A stretch of 64,000 nucleotides of DNA from Caldilineaceae bacterium (GCA_965208965.1 OZ242384.1:3745838-3809837), one strand, 5' to 3'; positions 1-9,831 are shown, counted from the first letter of the stretch. Notes: generated from the letters alone by a model not told the origin. Numbers and translations are program-made.

Positions 1-597
1 GCTTTCATTCCAAGTCGGCGGGATCCTGCGGTCAATGAGGAGGCGCTGGCCAAAGTACGGGCCGACAAGGAGCGGGAATCGGGTGACGGCTGCGACGGAA
101 CTTGGGTCGCGCATCCCGATCTGGTGCCGCTGGCGCGGGGAATTTTCGAAGAGGCTACGGGAGGCGCGCCGCACCAGAAGCACCGCATGAGGGAGGACGT
201 GGCGGTATCGGCGGAGCAGATCCTGGATGTCGGCGTTCCAGGGGGTACGATTACGGAGAGCGGGTTGCGTACCAATGTGGACGTCTCGCTGCAGTATCTG
301 AATGCGTGGCTGTTGGGTAATGGCGCGGCGGCGATTTACAACCTAATGGAGGACGCGGCCACCGCCGAAATTTCACGCTCACAGATCTGGCAGTGGATCC
401 GGCACAATGCGAAACTGGACGACGGCAGGCCGGTCACGCGCGAGTTGTACGAGCAGATCCGTGACGAGGAGCTCAAAAAGCTTGGCGAATACGGTCCGGG
501 GCGTTTGGAGGAAGCGGGTGAGATTCTGGACAGGCTCATTTTGACAGACGATTTCGTTGAGTTCCTCACACTAATTGCCTACGATCATTTGACGTAA
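1..597 (+). CDS. aceB: malate synthase A, C-terminal portion (5' end outside the window)
   Basis: Frame 1 is open from nt 1 ([43 protein letters not shown]...). It runs into the listed 124..597 ORF (...[22 protein letters not shown]...). This is the conserved C-terminal pattern of malate synthase A. Stop at 595-597. Confidence 0.85.
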   Translation, partial: AFIPSRRDPAVNEEALAKVRADKERESGDGCDGTWVAHPDLVPLARGIFEEATGGAPHQKHRMREDVAVSAEQILDVGVPGGTITESGLRTNVDVSLQYLNAWLLGNGAAAIYNLMEDAATAEISRSQIWQWIRHNAKLDDGRPVTRELYEQIRDEELKKLGEYGPGRLEEAGEILDRLILTDDFVEFLTLIAYDHLT

Positions 598-704
598 CCT
601 GATTGGCCCCGTCTTTGAGGCAAATGAGGCTTGCCAAGTCCTGTTCGTTATGGCATTACTGTTAAGGTTAGAGCAACTATCTTCGCGGAGATGGCGACCA
701 GGAA

Positions 705-977
705 ATGCAATTCGAAGGTCAGGAAAAGATACCACTCGCTCTTCAAAGGCAGATGGCTGGCGCGCCTGATCAGAAGATGTTTCTACTTTTGCACGTCAGT
801 GAAACCGGGCCCGCGCAGCTTGCCGAAATCAAGAGGGCGGGATATGTCGTGCATCAACAGACATCGATCATTCCCTGTTACGCGGTGAGCGGTCCGGGAC
901 GGGGACTGCAGGCATTGGCGAAGGAAGCCTGGCTGGTCAGGGTCGAGGAAGACAGCGCCGTACAGACGATGCAGTAA
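705..977 (+). CDS. small hypothetical protein with a peptidase-inhibitor I9 (subtilisin propeptide)-like pattern
   Basis: The C-terminal half GYVVHQQTSIIPCYAVSGPGRGLQALAKEAWLVRVEEDSAVQTMQ follows the I9 propeptide pattern (..y..i.gfa..l....l..L...p.V..VE.D..v). It lies 325 nt upstream of an S8 protease. The start is uncertain (ATG 705, 753 or 777). The overlapping ORF 631..888 is in another frame. Confidence 0.4.
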   Translation: MQFEGQEKIPLALQRQMAGAPDQKMFLLLHVSETGPAQLAEIKRAGYVVHQQTSIIPCYAVSGPGRGLQALAKEAWLVRVEEDSAVQTMQ

Positions 978-1301
978 TAGACATCGTCCCGTTCAAGTCA
1001 TTTTGCGACGGCCCAATTGACGGGAACAGTCAGGCTCCCGCTTGCGCAGCTCTGGGAGATCATTGGCTGACCCGCCCAATAAACAGGTCTCGGACAAGGT
1101 CCTTCCCCAGAAAAACGTCTGCCGTCAAGCAGACGTTGACCAGCGAAGAAACTAGGGTAGGAAACTTCCAGGACAATCGGGTCTTTGGAAAGGCAGCGTG
1201 TTGCTTGCAGGTAGAGGCCGCACGCGCCTCATGGTTCAAGGCGGTGCCTCTATTTTGTCTTGCCGGACGTGGGCAAGAATTCTTCAGGAGGAATTTGGTC
1301 A

Positions 1302-2603
1302 ATGTATTCGGAGAAATTCTCCGCCCATGTACGGGACGCAGTTGAACAGGCCCGGATGGCCAGTGAAGAAGTGCAGGTGATAGTCAGGTTTCATTCACAA
1401 GGAGGCCAGCGAAGCATTGGAAGGCTGGCTGCAAGCGCAGGCACTATCAAGGTCAATCAGGAGTACAGACTGATTCCTGCTACCGCCCTCTCCCTTACGG
1501 CGCCGGCCGTGGACGAACTGACGGATTCGGACGATGTTGCGGAGATTTGGCTGGACGAAGTCGTGCACATATTGCTGGACGTGTCGACGCCGCACATCAG
1601 GGCGCCTCAAGTTTGGGAGCAGTTGAACAACGATGGGGAGGGGGTCACCATCTGCATCGTTGACACAGGCATTGACGCGACACACCCTGACTTTGCCGGC
1701 CGGGTTGGGTTGACGGCCGATTTCAGCGGCAAAGGATCGGCTGCCGACGGCAACGGCCACGGAACTCATGTTGCCTCTACGGCGGCTGGCACTGGTGCGG
1801 CTAGCGGCGGCAAGTACATAGGGGTTGCCCCGGGGGCCACGATCATGGCGGCTAAGGCCCTGGCCGACAACGGCAGCGGCCGCATGAGTAACGTCATGGC
1901 TGGCCTGGAATGGTCGGCTCAGAACGGCGCCGACATCCTGAATCTGTCCTTGGGCAGCCGGGGAAGCAGCGACGGCTCGGATGCGCTCAGCACAATGTGC
2001 AATGCCATCGTAGATATGGGCAAAATCATGATCGTTGCCGCGGGGAACAGCGGGCCCCGTCAGAGCACTATTGGCAGCCCGGGGGCGGCCGAAAGAGTGA
2101 TCACGGTCGGCGCCTCCAATGACCAGGACAGTGTTGCCCGCTTCAGTAGCAGGGGTCCGACTGCAGACGGCCGGGTTAAGCCGGACGTCGTGGCGCCCGG
2201 CAGCAGGATCGTAGCCGCAAGGGCATCAGGTACCTCGGTTGGCCAGGTGGTGGACGAGCACTACACGACCGCCAGCGGAACGAGTATGGCTACGCCTCAC
2301 GTGGCCGGTCTCGCTGCCCTGATGCTCAGAGCCAATTCAGGATTGGGCCCGGCGGAAGTCAAGAAGATGCTGATGGCCACAAGCGTCGACATAAACAGTT
2401 CGGAATATGGACAGACCGAGGCTGACAAGAACATTCAGGGTGATGGACGCATCGACGCATTGACTGCAGTGCAATTTGCAGACACCGGCGAGCAGCCTCC
2501 CCCTCACAAACCCTCCCTGCCCGTGCCGTCTCCGCCTTCTCCTGGCCCCACTCCGCCAATCGGCTGTTTAGCGGCGCCGCTGAAATTCCTCAGGTTGAAG
2601 TAA
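1302..2603 (+). CDS. S8 family (subtilisin-like) serine protease with N-terminal I9-like propeptide and Pro-rich tail
   Basis: Catalytic triad motifs are present: VDTGIDATHPDF, GHGTHVAST and SGTSMATPHVAG. AGGAGG at 1286-1291 precedes ATG 1302, so that start is preferred over the track start 1260. No obvious signal peptide. Confidence 0.9.
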   Translation: MYSEKFSAHVRDAVEQARMASEEVQVIVRFHSQGGQRSIGRLAASAGTIKVNQEYRLIPATALSLTAPAVDELTDSDDVAEIWLDEVVHILLDVSTPHIRAPQVWEQLNNDGEGVTICIVDTGIDATHPDFAGRVGLTADFSGKGSAADGNGHGTHVASTAAGTGAASGGKYIGVAPGATIMAAKALADNGSGRMSNVMAGLEWSAQNGADILNLSLGSRGSSDGSDALSTMCNAIVDMGKIMIVAAGNSGPRQSTIGSPGAAERVITVGASNDQDSVARFSSRGPTADGRVKPDVVAPGSRIVAARASGTSVGQVVDEHYTTASGTSMATPHVAGLAALMLRANSGLGPAEVKKMLMATSVDINSSEYGQTEADKNIQGDGRIDALTAVQFADTGEQPPPHKPSLPVPSPPSPGPTPPIGCLAAPLKFLRLK

Positions 2604-2715
2604 CGCCTCCTGTAAGGTGCCAGGTCGAGTCAAGCCGCAGGGGCTTCCAACGACGCTCGCATAAGGCCCGCGTTCCTTCGAAGCCTGCCAGGAACTGCGG
2701 CCGGGCGGCACACCC

Positions 2716-3531
2716 ATGAGCGAACTGGACACTACTTCGAGAGACCTGGAGGAACGGGCGCAAAAAAGGGAAGCCATAGGTCTGTCGCCGCACCGGCCTA
2801 CGGCTAAGAAGGTAGTTCACAGCCCTCCTGAGCCCAGGTACGGCCTTCCATTCGCACGCCTGGCGCTCGTCCTCCTTGCTGCAATTGCGGTTGCCCTCGT
2901 GTTCCTGAACAGGTCGATCTTCACCCAAGGGTCGGTCGGCTGGCGTGCTCCTGCATCAGCTGAAGCAGGTCGCCTGATTGTCAGGGACGACTTCGCAGAA
3001 CCCCATTTCGACCTGCCCGTTCGCAGTGACCAGGATTTCGAGCAGCGATTTGTGGGAGATCTCTATCTTATACAGGTCAAAAAACCCGGGGCCAGAGTGT
3101 GGACGACACTGGGCCAGCAGCTGCCGGGTGCGTATAAACTCGAGGCCGACCTGCGTCTGGACCCGCAAGAGCAGTATGCCCGGGGATACGGCGGACTTCT
3201 CGTCCGCTATCAGAATGACGAAAACTTCTATCTGTTCATGGTCGACCGCGAGGGGCGGTACCGGATAGAGCTTGTAGAAGAGGGCGCGTGGCGTACACTC
3301 CGGCCCTGGACCCCGTCGAGTTCGCAGTCAAGCGGGCGGCGAACCATTTTGGCGGTGGTTGATGACGGGGCCGAGCTTCACCTGCTGGTCAACGCCGTCC
3401 ACGAGGATACCGTGTCTGATCCCCGGCTGCCCGCCGGCGATGCCGGCCTCGCAGTTGGCGCCGTCAGCCCAGGCCGGGCTCGGGGTCTGTTCGACTGGAT
3501 CGCGCTGTACGAGATTCCGCTCGCCGACTAA
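2716..3531 (+). CDS. hypothetical membrane-anchored protein (one TM helix, C-terminal beta-rich domain, possibly LamG/DUF1080-like)
   Basis: ATG at 2716. Hydrophobic segment LALVLLAAIAVALVFL. The domain assignment is only a visual impression (…YGGLLVRYQNDENFYLFMVDREGRYRIE…). Confidence 0.55.
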   Translation: MSELDTTSRDLEERAQKREAIGLSPHRPTAKKVVHSPPEPRYGLPFARLALVLLAAIAVALVFLNRSIFTQGSVGWRAPASAEAGRLIVRDDFAEPHFDLPVRSDQDFEQRFVGDLYLIQVKKPGARVWTTLGQQLPGAYKLEADLRLDPQEQYARGYGGLLVRYQNDENFYLFMVDREGRYRIELVEEGAWRTLRPWTPSSSQSSGRRTILAVVDDGAELHLLVNAVHEDTVSDPRLPAGDAGLAVGAVSPGRARGLFDWIALYEIPLAD

Positions 3532-3560
3532 ACGGTGGGCGGGCGGCTGCGTCGAGGCGG

Positions 3561-3583
3561 CAGGCCTCCGGAATCGAGGCCTG
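3561..3583. terminator. GC-rich 8-bp hairpin between convergent genes (no U-tract)
   Basis: CAGGCCTC (3561-3568), loop CGGAATC, GAGGCCTG (3576-3583). It sits between the stop of 2716..3531 (+) and the stop of 3609..4268 (-). There is no T-run on either strand, so it is not a canonical intrinsic terminator. Confidence 0.35.
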
Positions 3584-3608
3584 GTTCAGTGTGTTGATCG
3601 AAGTCGAC

Positions 3609-4268
3609 TCAAGTGATCTGGATCTCGCTTTCGAGGACGTCAAATGCCTTGACGCGAGCCTCGGCAACAGGACTGTCCCCGAACTGATCGAGAAGCAGTG
3701 TCCAGATCATCGTGTCGATAGGTGAGCCGTCAATTCCTGTGGCGCGACGGTGGAGAAGTGCTTCATGTGTGAATCCCAGTTTGCGGGGAATCGCGGCGCT
3801 GCGCACGTTGGCCGGATTGCAATGGATTTCGACACGGTCCACCTTGTTTACAGTGAAGGCTACCTTGGTCAGTGCCGCGGCAACCTCAGTCGCCAGACCC
3901 CGGTTGATAAGGTCCGCCCGAATCCAGTACCCGATCTCGAGAGCGTCCCCTGCCAGCCGTTTGTGCAGTCCGGTTCCGCCCCACACCTCCTCTTCGTCCG
4001 ACGAAAAGATCCCGTAAGTGTAATCAGTGTCCCCGTCGAATTCAGAGCGCCAGTGGCGGAGTAACCCGATCTTTTCTTCCAGGGTCGTCGGTTCGTTCTT
4101 TGCCCAGGGCATCCACTCCCTCAAGTGGTCGACGCTCTGGGAGACCGCCTGCAGCAGTTTGTCGGCGTCGGCTGGATGCCAGCAGCGCACGACCGCGCGC
4201 TCGGTTTCGATGCGGTAGGCCGGGCGCCTGGCCGGAGGCTCAGGGTCGGGAGGAGTTTCGGAACTCAT
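3609..4268 (-). CDS. GNAT family N-acetyltransferase (RimJ/RimL-like)
   Basis: EIGYWIRADLINRGLATEVAAALTKVAF...VDRVEIHCNPANVRSAAIPRKLGFTHE is the GNAT motif A/B pattern. It starts 22 nt downstream of clpB on the same strand. Confidence 0.85.
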   Translation of the reverse strand: MSSETPPDPEPPARRPAYRIETERAVVRCWHPADADKLLQAVSQSVDHLREWMPWAKNEPTTLEEKIGLLRHWRSEFDGDTDYTYGIFSSDEEEVWGGTGLHKRLAGDALEIGYWIRADLINRGLATEVAAALTKVAFTVNKVDRVEIHCNPANVRSAAIPRKLGFTHEALLHRRATGIDGSPIDTMIWTLLLDQFGDSPVAEARVKAFDVLESEIQIT

Positions 4269-4290
4269 CGGCGCTGCCTAACCGTTGCTC

Positions 4291-6825
4291 TCATTCCTGC
4301 GATCCCTGTTGCCCAACGCCCGGGCCGGCTTCGGCCTGCGTTCCGGGCGACCATTCTACCGCGATCGGCTCCGGGTCTCTCCTCACAAAGACCAGTCTTT
4401 CCTCTCCTGAATCCTCGTCCGCGGCATAGTCGATCAGGATATCGTCGCCCGTCTTGTATTCGGCGCGCAGCAGGCGCTTGCTGAGTTCATTCTCGATCCG
4501 CTTTTGCAGCAGACGGCGCAAGGGCCGGGCGCCGTATTCGGCATGGTAACCTGTGTCGGCGAGATGATCGCGGGCCTTCTCGGTCATCTCGATAGTGATA
4601 CCGATTTCATTGAGCCGCTGCGCGATCTCTCCCATCAGCAGGGACACGATGTCTCGTACGTGTTCCCTGCTAAGTGGATCGAAAATGATGGTCTCGTCGA
4701 TTCGATTGAGGAATTCGGGGCGGAAAAGTCTCTTCATCTCTTTGCTGTATTCGCCCTGTGCAAGTGCGTTTTCGTCAAGCTCAGGCGTGGCAAACCCCAG
4801 CGGACCGCGCTTGATCGAGTCTGCGCCGACATTGCTGGTCATAATCACGACCGTGTTTCGGAAGTTCACGGTGCGCCCTTGGCCGTCAGTCATGTGGCCG
4901 TCCTCCATGATCTGGAGAAGCGTGTTCCAGACCTCGGGGTGGGCCTTTTCGATCTCATCGAAAAGCAACACCTGGTAGGGGCGTCTTCGCACCTGTTCCG
5001 TGAGCTGGCCGCCCTGTTCGTAGCCTACATATCCCGGAGGCGCGCCGAACAGTTTGCTGACCGTGTGTCCTTCGCGGTATTCGCTCATGTCGACGCGCAA
5101 GAGCGCGTCTTCCGAGTCGAAGAGGAACGCGGCCAGAACATTGGCCAGCTCGGTCTTGCCGATCCCGGTCGGCCCGAGGAAAAGAAAGGTTCCAATCGGC
5201 CGGCGCGGGTCCTTGAGGCCGCTGCGGGCGCGGCGGATGGCATCGCTGACCGCTTCGATGGCCCGCTCCTGGCCGATGATGCGCTGCCGGAGGAACTCTT
5301 CCATCCGCAGCAGCTTGTCCATCTCCTCTTCGAGCAGGTCCATGACGGGGATTCCGGTCCAGCTGTGCACGATTGCCGCGACATCGTCGGTGTCAACGAC
5401 GTCGTCGAGGTTTGTCTCGCTCTTCCAGGACTTGAGGGCCGACTTGAACTCCTCCTTAAGCCGGGCGAGTTCCGCCTTGGTCTGCGCCGCCCTTTCGTAA
5501 TCGCGTTCGGCCCACGCATTTTCTTCGAGATCTTCGAGATCCTGGATCGACACCTTGGTTCTCTTCAGGTCTTCGGGCATGGCGTGCATGGCCACCCGCA
5601 GGCGGGCGGCAGCCTCGTCGATCAGGTCGATCGCCTTATCCGGCAGCTTGCGGTCCGGGACGTAGCGGTGGCTCAGTCGGACTGCCTGCTCAAGCGCGTC
5701 GTCGGTATAGGTAATGGCGTGATGCTCTTCATAGCGGAGGCGCAGCCCGCGCAGGATGGCGATGGCGTCATCGATGTCCGGTTCGTCGACGTAGACAGGC
5801 GCGAAGCGCCGCTCCAGCGCGGAGTCTTTCTCGATGTGCTGGCGGTATTCGTCGAGAGTGGTAGCGCCGATGCACTGCAGTTCACCGCGGGAGAGAGCCG
5901 GCTTTAGCATGTTGCTGGCATCGAGCGCGCCGGCTGCGTTTCCTGCGCCGACGACCGTGTGCAGCTCATCCACGAAAAGGATGATCTCGCCCTCGCTGCG
6001 GCGAATCTCATCCATGGCCGCCTTCAGCCGCTCCTCGAACTCGCCTCGGAACCGGGTCCCTGCGATCATGGCCCCCAAGTCCAACGAGACCAATCTCTTG
6101 CCGGACAGGATTTCGGGCACGTCATTGGCCGTTATCTGTTGAGCGAGACCTTCAATGATGGCGGTCTTGCCCACACCTGCCTCCCCGATGAGGACCGGGT
6201 TGTTCTTCGACCGCCGACACAACACTTGCATCACACGGGTAATCTCTTCGACGCGACCGACGACCGGGTCCAGTTTGTCTTCCGCGGCAGCTTGTGTGAG
6301 GTCCCGCCCGTACTTCTCCAGGACCTGGAACTTGCTTTCTGCGTCAGGCTCATCTACTCGCTGCCCGCCTCTCATGTCCTCTATGGCGCCATAGAGCCGC
6401 TCTTTGGTGACACCGGCGTCCCGCAGGATGTTCGCGCTGTGTGTGTTCCGCTCGCTGGCGATGGCAAGCAATATGTGTTCGGTACTAATGTATTCGTCCT
6501 GAAGTCTGTTCGCCTCATCGTTTGCGACACCCATCACGCGATTAAGCCTTGGCGTGATGAAAACTTGCACGGTTGGTACGCCGCTGTGAGGCGACCCGCC
6601 GCTCTTGTGCGCGGCGGCGAGGACGGCTTCCAGCTTGCGGGCAATGACGTCGGCGGATGCCCCGAGTGTCTCGAGCAGTTGGGGCGCCGTTCCCTCCGGC
6701 TGTTCGACAAGAGCCAGGAAGAAATGTTCGGTATCGATCTGCGAGTGTTTGTACTTCTGCAGAATCTCGAGCGAACGGGTTGCAGCCTGCTGGGCCTTCT
6801 GGGTGAATCGGTCAAATGGCATCAT
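4291..6825 (-). CDS. clpB: ATP-dependent chaperone ClpB
   Basis: N-terminus [14 protein letters not shown]. Two AAA+ modules ([10 protein letters not shown] and [11 protein letters not shown] Walker A) are separated by a coiled-coil middle domain. Start set to the ATG pair at 6825/6822, not the upstream track start 6933. Confidence 0.95.
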   Translation of the reverse strand: MMPFDRFTQKAQQAATRSLEILQKYKHSQIDTEHFFLALVEQPEGTAPQLLETLGASADVIARKLEAVLAAAHKSGGSPHSGVPTVQVFITPRLNRVMGVANDEANRLQDEYISTEHILLAIASERNTHSANILRDAGVTKERLYGAIEDMRGGQRVDEPDAESKFQVLEKYGRDLTQAAAEDKLDPVVGRVEEITRVMQVLCRRSKNNPVLIGEAGVGKTAIIEGLAQQITANDVPEILSGKRLVSLDLGAMIAGTRFRGEFEERLKAAMDEIRRSEGEIILFVDELHTVVGAGNAAGALDASNMLKPALSRGELQCIGATTLDEYRQHIEKDSALERRFAPVYVDEPDIDDAIAILRGLRLRYEEHHAITYTDDALEQAVRLSHRYVPDRKLPDKAIDLIDEAAARLRVAMHAMPEDLKRTKVSIQDLEDLEENAWAERDYERAAQTKAELARLKEEFKSALKSWKSETNLDDVVDTDDVAAIVHSWTGIPVMDLLEEEMDKLLRMEEFLRQRIIGQERAIEAVSDAIRRARSGLKDPRRPIGTFLFLGPTGIGKTELANVLAAFLFDSEDALLRVDMSEYREGHTVSKLFGAPPGYVGYEQGGQLTEQVRRRPYQVLLFDEIEKAHPEVWNTLLQIMEDGHMTDGQGRTVNFRNTVVIMTSNVGADSIKRGPLGFATPELDENALAQGEYSKEMKRLFRPEFLNRIDETIIFDPLSREHVRDIVSLLMGEIAQRLNEIGITIEMTEKARDHLADTGYHAEYGARPLRRLLQKRIENELSKRLLRAEYKTGDDILIDYAADEDSGEERLVFVRRDPEPIAVEWSPGTQAEAGPGVGQQGSQE

Positions 6826-7098
6826 GGTGGTTTTTCCGTCAACTGAAAGTGGTCTATTGCCACTGGACAGTGAATTCAGCAGAATCTGAAGTCCACGGTT
6901 CAACGTCCTTTGAAAGCAGGTCCCGCACTGCAACGCCGAAAGGGCTGGACTGTGTCAGGTGAGCGCGGGCAGTATTGGACCGGACACTCCAATAGTAAAC
7001 CATTTCTGTATCAGCGCCACCTTTGAGGACTATTTGAAAACTGTATGTCCTGCGGCCCAGCGGAGTCGACGGACCGTGCACGGCCGTCTTATCTGGAA

Positions 7099-7175
7099 TT
7101 ATTCTAATTTAAACTTGACAGGGCCGCAATGCAGGTGTACAATGAGCCCGATGCTGTTTAGAGTTATTCTAATTT
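7099..7175 (+). promoter_or_regulatory. two identical AT-rich 12-mers (TTATTCTAATTT) bracketing the promoter; candidate Fur-family operator
   Basis: Copies at 7099-7110 and 7164-7175. Copy 1 lies in the 5-3-5 palindrome AATTA-TTC-TAATT. Confidence 0.4.
7115..7143 (+). promoter_or_regulatory. sigma70-type promoter of the fur-like/ATPase operon
   Basis: TTGACA (7115-7120), 17 nt spacer, TACAAT (7138-7143). It lies about 50 nt upstream of ATG 7193. Confidence 0.5.
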
Positions 7176-7192
7176 CTGTGAGGTGTCCACGT

Positions 7193-7714
7193 ATGACGGC
7201 ACGGTTCATCAACACACTTCGGCGTGCTGGTTTGCGGGTAACGAGTCAGAGGGTCGCCGTATGCGAGTTTCTTGCCCGCACAAGGATTCACCCAACGACT
7301 TCTCAGGTCTTCGAAGCTGTTCGGGAGAAGCATCCGGAGATCAGCCAGGCCACGGTCTACAACACGCTCAACACCCTGCGGGACCTGGGCGCCATCGTAG
7401 AGATCAGTGCCGGTACTGAGCATACGCATTACGAGACCGATCCCGAGCCGCACGTCAACTTGGTCTGTCTGCGATGCCATCAGATTTCTGACCTGCAGGA
7501 CACGCTGGCGCCCGATGTCCTCATGGACAATATCTTTCATGATACAGGATTCAGGGCGACCACGCTCCAGGTCCAGGTTACCGGATTCTGTCCTGCATGT
7601 CAGAAGGCGAAACGGCAGGAGATTGGAGAAAAGCTGCGGGCGAGGGCAGGTCGGATGTCGGGGAAGGCAGCCGGTGCAGGAGGATCGGCCGCCGCTTCCA
7701 GCGGCGAACTGTGA
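7193..7714 (+). CDS. Fur family transcriptional regulator (metal specificity not assignable)
   Basis: MTARFINTLRRAGLRVTSQRVAVCEFL...QATVYNTLNTLRDLG is the winged-helix pattern. It also has an HTHYE site and two CxxC pairs (CLRC, CPAC). AGGTG lies 7 nt before ATG 7193. The track ORF start 6959 is upstream of the promoter. Confidence 0.9.
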   Translation: MTARFINTLRRAGLRVTSQRVAVCEFLARTRIHPTTSQVFEAVREKHPEISQATVYNTLNTLRDLGAIVEISAGTEHTHYETDPEPHVNLVCLRCHQISDLQDTLAPDVLMDNIFHDTGFRATTLQVQVTGFCPACQKAKRQEIGEKLRARAGRMSGKAAGAGGSAAASSGEL

Positions 7715-7731
7715 GAGAAAGGGTGGAAAAA

Positions 7732-9831
7732 ATGGCCACCGTTTCATATGATCAAGTAATGGCTACGAAAAAAAGTGAACCGTCTCAATTCAGCCTGCGG
7801 GCATTTCCGCAGTTCGTGCCGCTTTTCTGGCGGGCAAATCCTGAGCTGATACTGGCTTCGATAACACTTGTCGCTCTACTGATTGGATGGTTGGGCGGCT
7901 CTGTCAGCGGTCTGCTGCCGGTTTGGGCGGTGGTCCTCTTTGCCCTGGTTGCCTACGCCGCGGGGGGATATTCCGGGGCCAAGGTAGCGCTGGCCAATGC
8001 CTGCTGCGGAATCTTCAATATCGATCTTCTGATGGTAGTGGCGGCTTTGGGGGCGGCTCTTATCGGCGAATGGGAGGAGGGCGCCCTGCTTCTCTTTCTC
8101 TTTTCCTTGAGCGGCGCCCTGGAATCATTTGCATCTGAACGGACTCGACAGGCGATTACCCGGCTGGCTGAACTGCGGCCTGATACGGCGCGCGTTCGGC
8201 GGGACGGCGAGGAGGTAGAGATCGGCGTTGAGGATCTGTCCGTTGGTGATGTGGTTGTCGTGAGGCCGGGCGAACGGATGCCGGTTGACGGCGCCGTGTT
8301 GATGGGATCGAGTACGGTGGACCAGAGTCCGATTACCGGGGAGAGCATCCCGGTATACAAGGCGGTTGGCGACCCTGTCTTTTCTGGAACGATCAACGGA
8401 AGCGGGGCGCTGGAGCTGCAAGTCACCAAACTGGCGTCGGAGAGCGCCATCAGCAAGATCATCAGCCTCGTCCGGAAGGCGCAGAGCAACGCCGCCCCTA
8501 CACAAAGGTTGATCGACAGATTCAGTCAGCCGTACACGCTGGTCGTTTTGGGCGCTACGGCTCTGTCGGCGATTGTCCCTATACTGTTCACCGACGAACC
8601 GGTCACCCAGACAGTCTACCGAGCGATTACGCTTCTCGTGGTTGCGAGCCCCTGCGCGCTCATCATCAGCACGCCCGCATCCATCCTGAGCGCCATTGCC
8701 GCAGCAGCGCGCGAGGGTATTCTGTTCAAAGGCGGGGCACACCTCGAGAAGGCGGCCGGTCTGGATATACTCGCCTTTGACAAGACCGGAACTTTGACAA
8801 ACGGCAAACTCCAACTGACCGATGTCGTACCCTTGAACGGTTACACCGAGCAGGAGCTAATCTCGATTGCCGCCGGCGCCGAGAGTCTCAGTGAGCACCC
8901 GATAGCTCAGGCGGTCGTGAGGCGGGCGCAGGAGATGGAATTGCCTTATGAGTCGCCTCGGGACTTTCGCGGCATCGCTGGGCATGGCGTTCAGGCAGTT
9001 TACGCGCGCTGCGCCGGCCTGGAGCTGATCTCCATCGGCAATGACAAGCAGTTTGAGAGCGAAGAAATGGACCTGCCCCCTGCCGTCCGCATGATTGGCC
9101 GGCGCTTGCAGGGGGAGGGCAAAACGGCCATTCTCGTAGCGCGGCGCAGCATCGCAAAGGACGCCGTCGACAGGGAAAACGCGACCGCAAACGGAGACAG
9201 TCTGGTCAGTGCCAGTAGTCTGGGTGCAGCCGGTGGGGAATCTGACCTGGTCGGGTTTCTGGCCGTGGCGGATTCAGTTCGAACTGGGGCGGCCGATACG
9301 ATAGGTGCCCTGAAGGAGCTCGGCATCGACCGTATAGCAATGTTGACCGGTGACAATCGCGACGTAGCGGATGCCGTCGCAGAGCAGGTTGGCGTGGAGG
9401 ACATCTATGCCGAACTGCTGCCGGGGGAAAAGGTCGAGATTGTAGAAAAGCTTGTGAAGTCCGGTTCCGTCGGAATGATTGGAGATGGGGTAAACGACGC
9501 GCCTGCGATGGCGACTTCCAGCCTTGGAATTGCAATGGGCGGCGCGGGCACGGATGTTGCCCTGGAGACGGCCGACGTAGTACTCATGTCCGACGACCTC
9601 GGAAAACTTCCCTTTATGCTGCGCCTGAGCCGGAGCGCGCGTGACATTGTGCGTCAAAACCTCTATTTTTCGGTGGCGGTGATCTTCGCTCTGGTTGCGC
9701 TTACGGTCGTCGTTCCTCTGTTGGTTCCTGGATTCAGACTGCCCCTCCCGGTAGGCGTACTGGGCCATGAAGGCAGCACACTCATTGTAGTCGCCAACGG
9801 GCTGCGGATGTTGACGATGAAATCCACCTAG
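7732..9831 (+). CDS. heavy-metal P-type ATPase, P1B-4 subgroup (Co2+/Fe2+-type, CtpD/PfeT/CzcP-like)
   Basis: Motifs seen: TGES, DKTGTLT, GDGVNDAPA, SPC in the transmembrane region (VVASPCALII) and HEGST near the C-terminus. There is no N-terminal CxxC metal-binding domain. ATG 7732 lies 17 nt after the fur-like stop. Confidence 0.9.
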   Translation: MATVSYDQVMATKKSEPSQFSLRAFPQFVPLFWRANPELILASITLVALLIGWLGGSVSGLLPVWAVVLFALVAYAAGGYSGAKVALANACCGIFNIDLLMVVAALGAALIGEWEEGALLLFLFSLSGALESFASERTRQAITRLAELRPDTARVRRDGEEVEIGVEDLSVGDVVVVRPGERMPVDGAVLMGSSTVDQSPITGESIPVYKAVGDPVFSGTINGSGALELQVTKLASESAISKIISLVRKAQSNAAPTQRLIDRFSQPYTLVVLGATALSAIVPILFTDEPVTQTVYRAITLLVVASPCALIISTPASILSAIAAAAREGILFKGGAHLEKAAGLDILAFDKTGTLTNGKLQLTDVVPLNGYTEQELISIAAGAESLSEHPIAQAVVRRAQEMELPYESPRDFRGIAGHGVQAVYARCAGLELISIGNDKQFESEEMDLPPAVRMIGRRLQGEGKTAILVARRSIAKDAVDRENATANGDSLVSASSLGAAGGESDLVGFLAVADSVRTGAADTIGALKELGIDRIAMLTGDNRDVADAVAEQVGVEDIYAELLPGEKVEIVEKLVKSGSVGMIGDGVNDAPAMATSSLGIAMGGAGTDVALETADVVLMSDDLGKLPFMLRLSRSARDIVRQNLYFSVAVIFALVALTVVVPLLVPGFRLPLPVGVLGHEGSTLIVVANGLRMLTMKST

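Noticed and set aside
631-888. 85-aa plus-strand ORF
   Set aside because: It is a basic, Arg/Cys-rich translation overlapping the better-supported I9-like frame (705..977), with no motif.
4504-5907. 467-aa ORF on the plus strand (also 5959..6846, 295 aa)
   Set aside because: It is antisense to the unambiguous clpB gene. The translation is low-complexity and Arg/Gly/Ala/Val-rich with no family pattern. This is a typical shadow ORF of GC-rich DNA.
7597-7731. N-terminal 45 codons of the track ORF for the P-type ATPase
   Set aside because: They overlap the 3' end of the Fur-family gene in another frame and are Gly/Arg-rich. ATG 7732 gives the conserved N-terminus and sits 17 nt after the fur-like stop.
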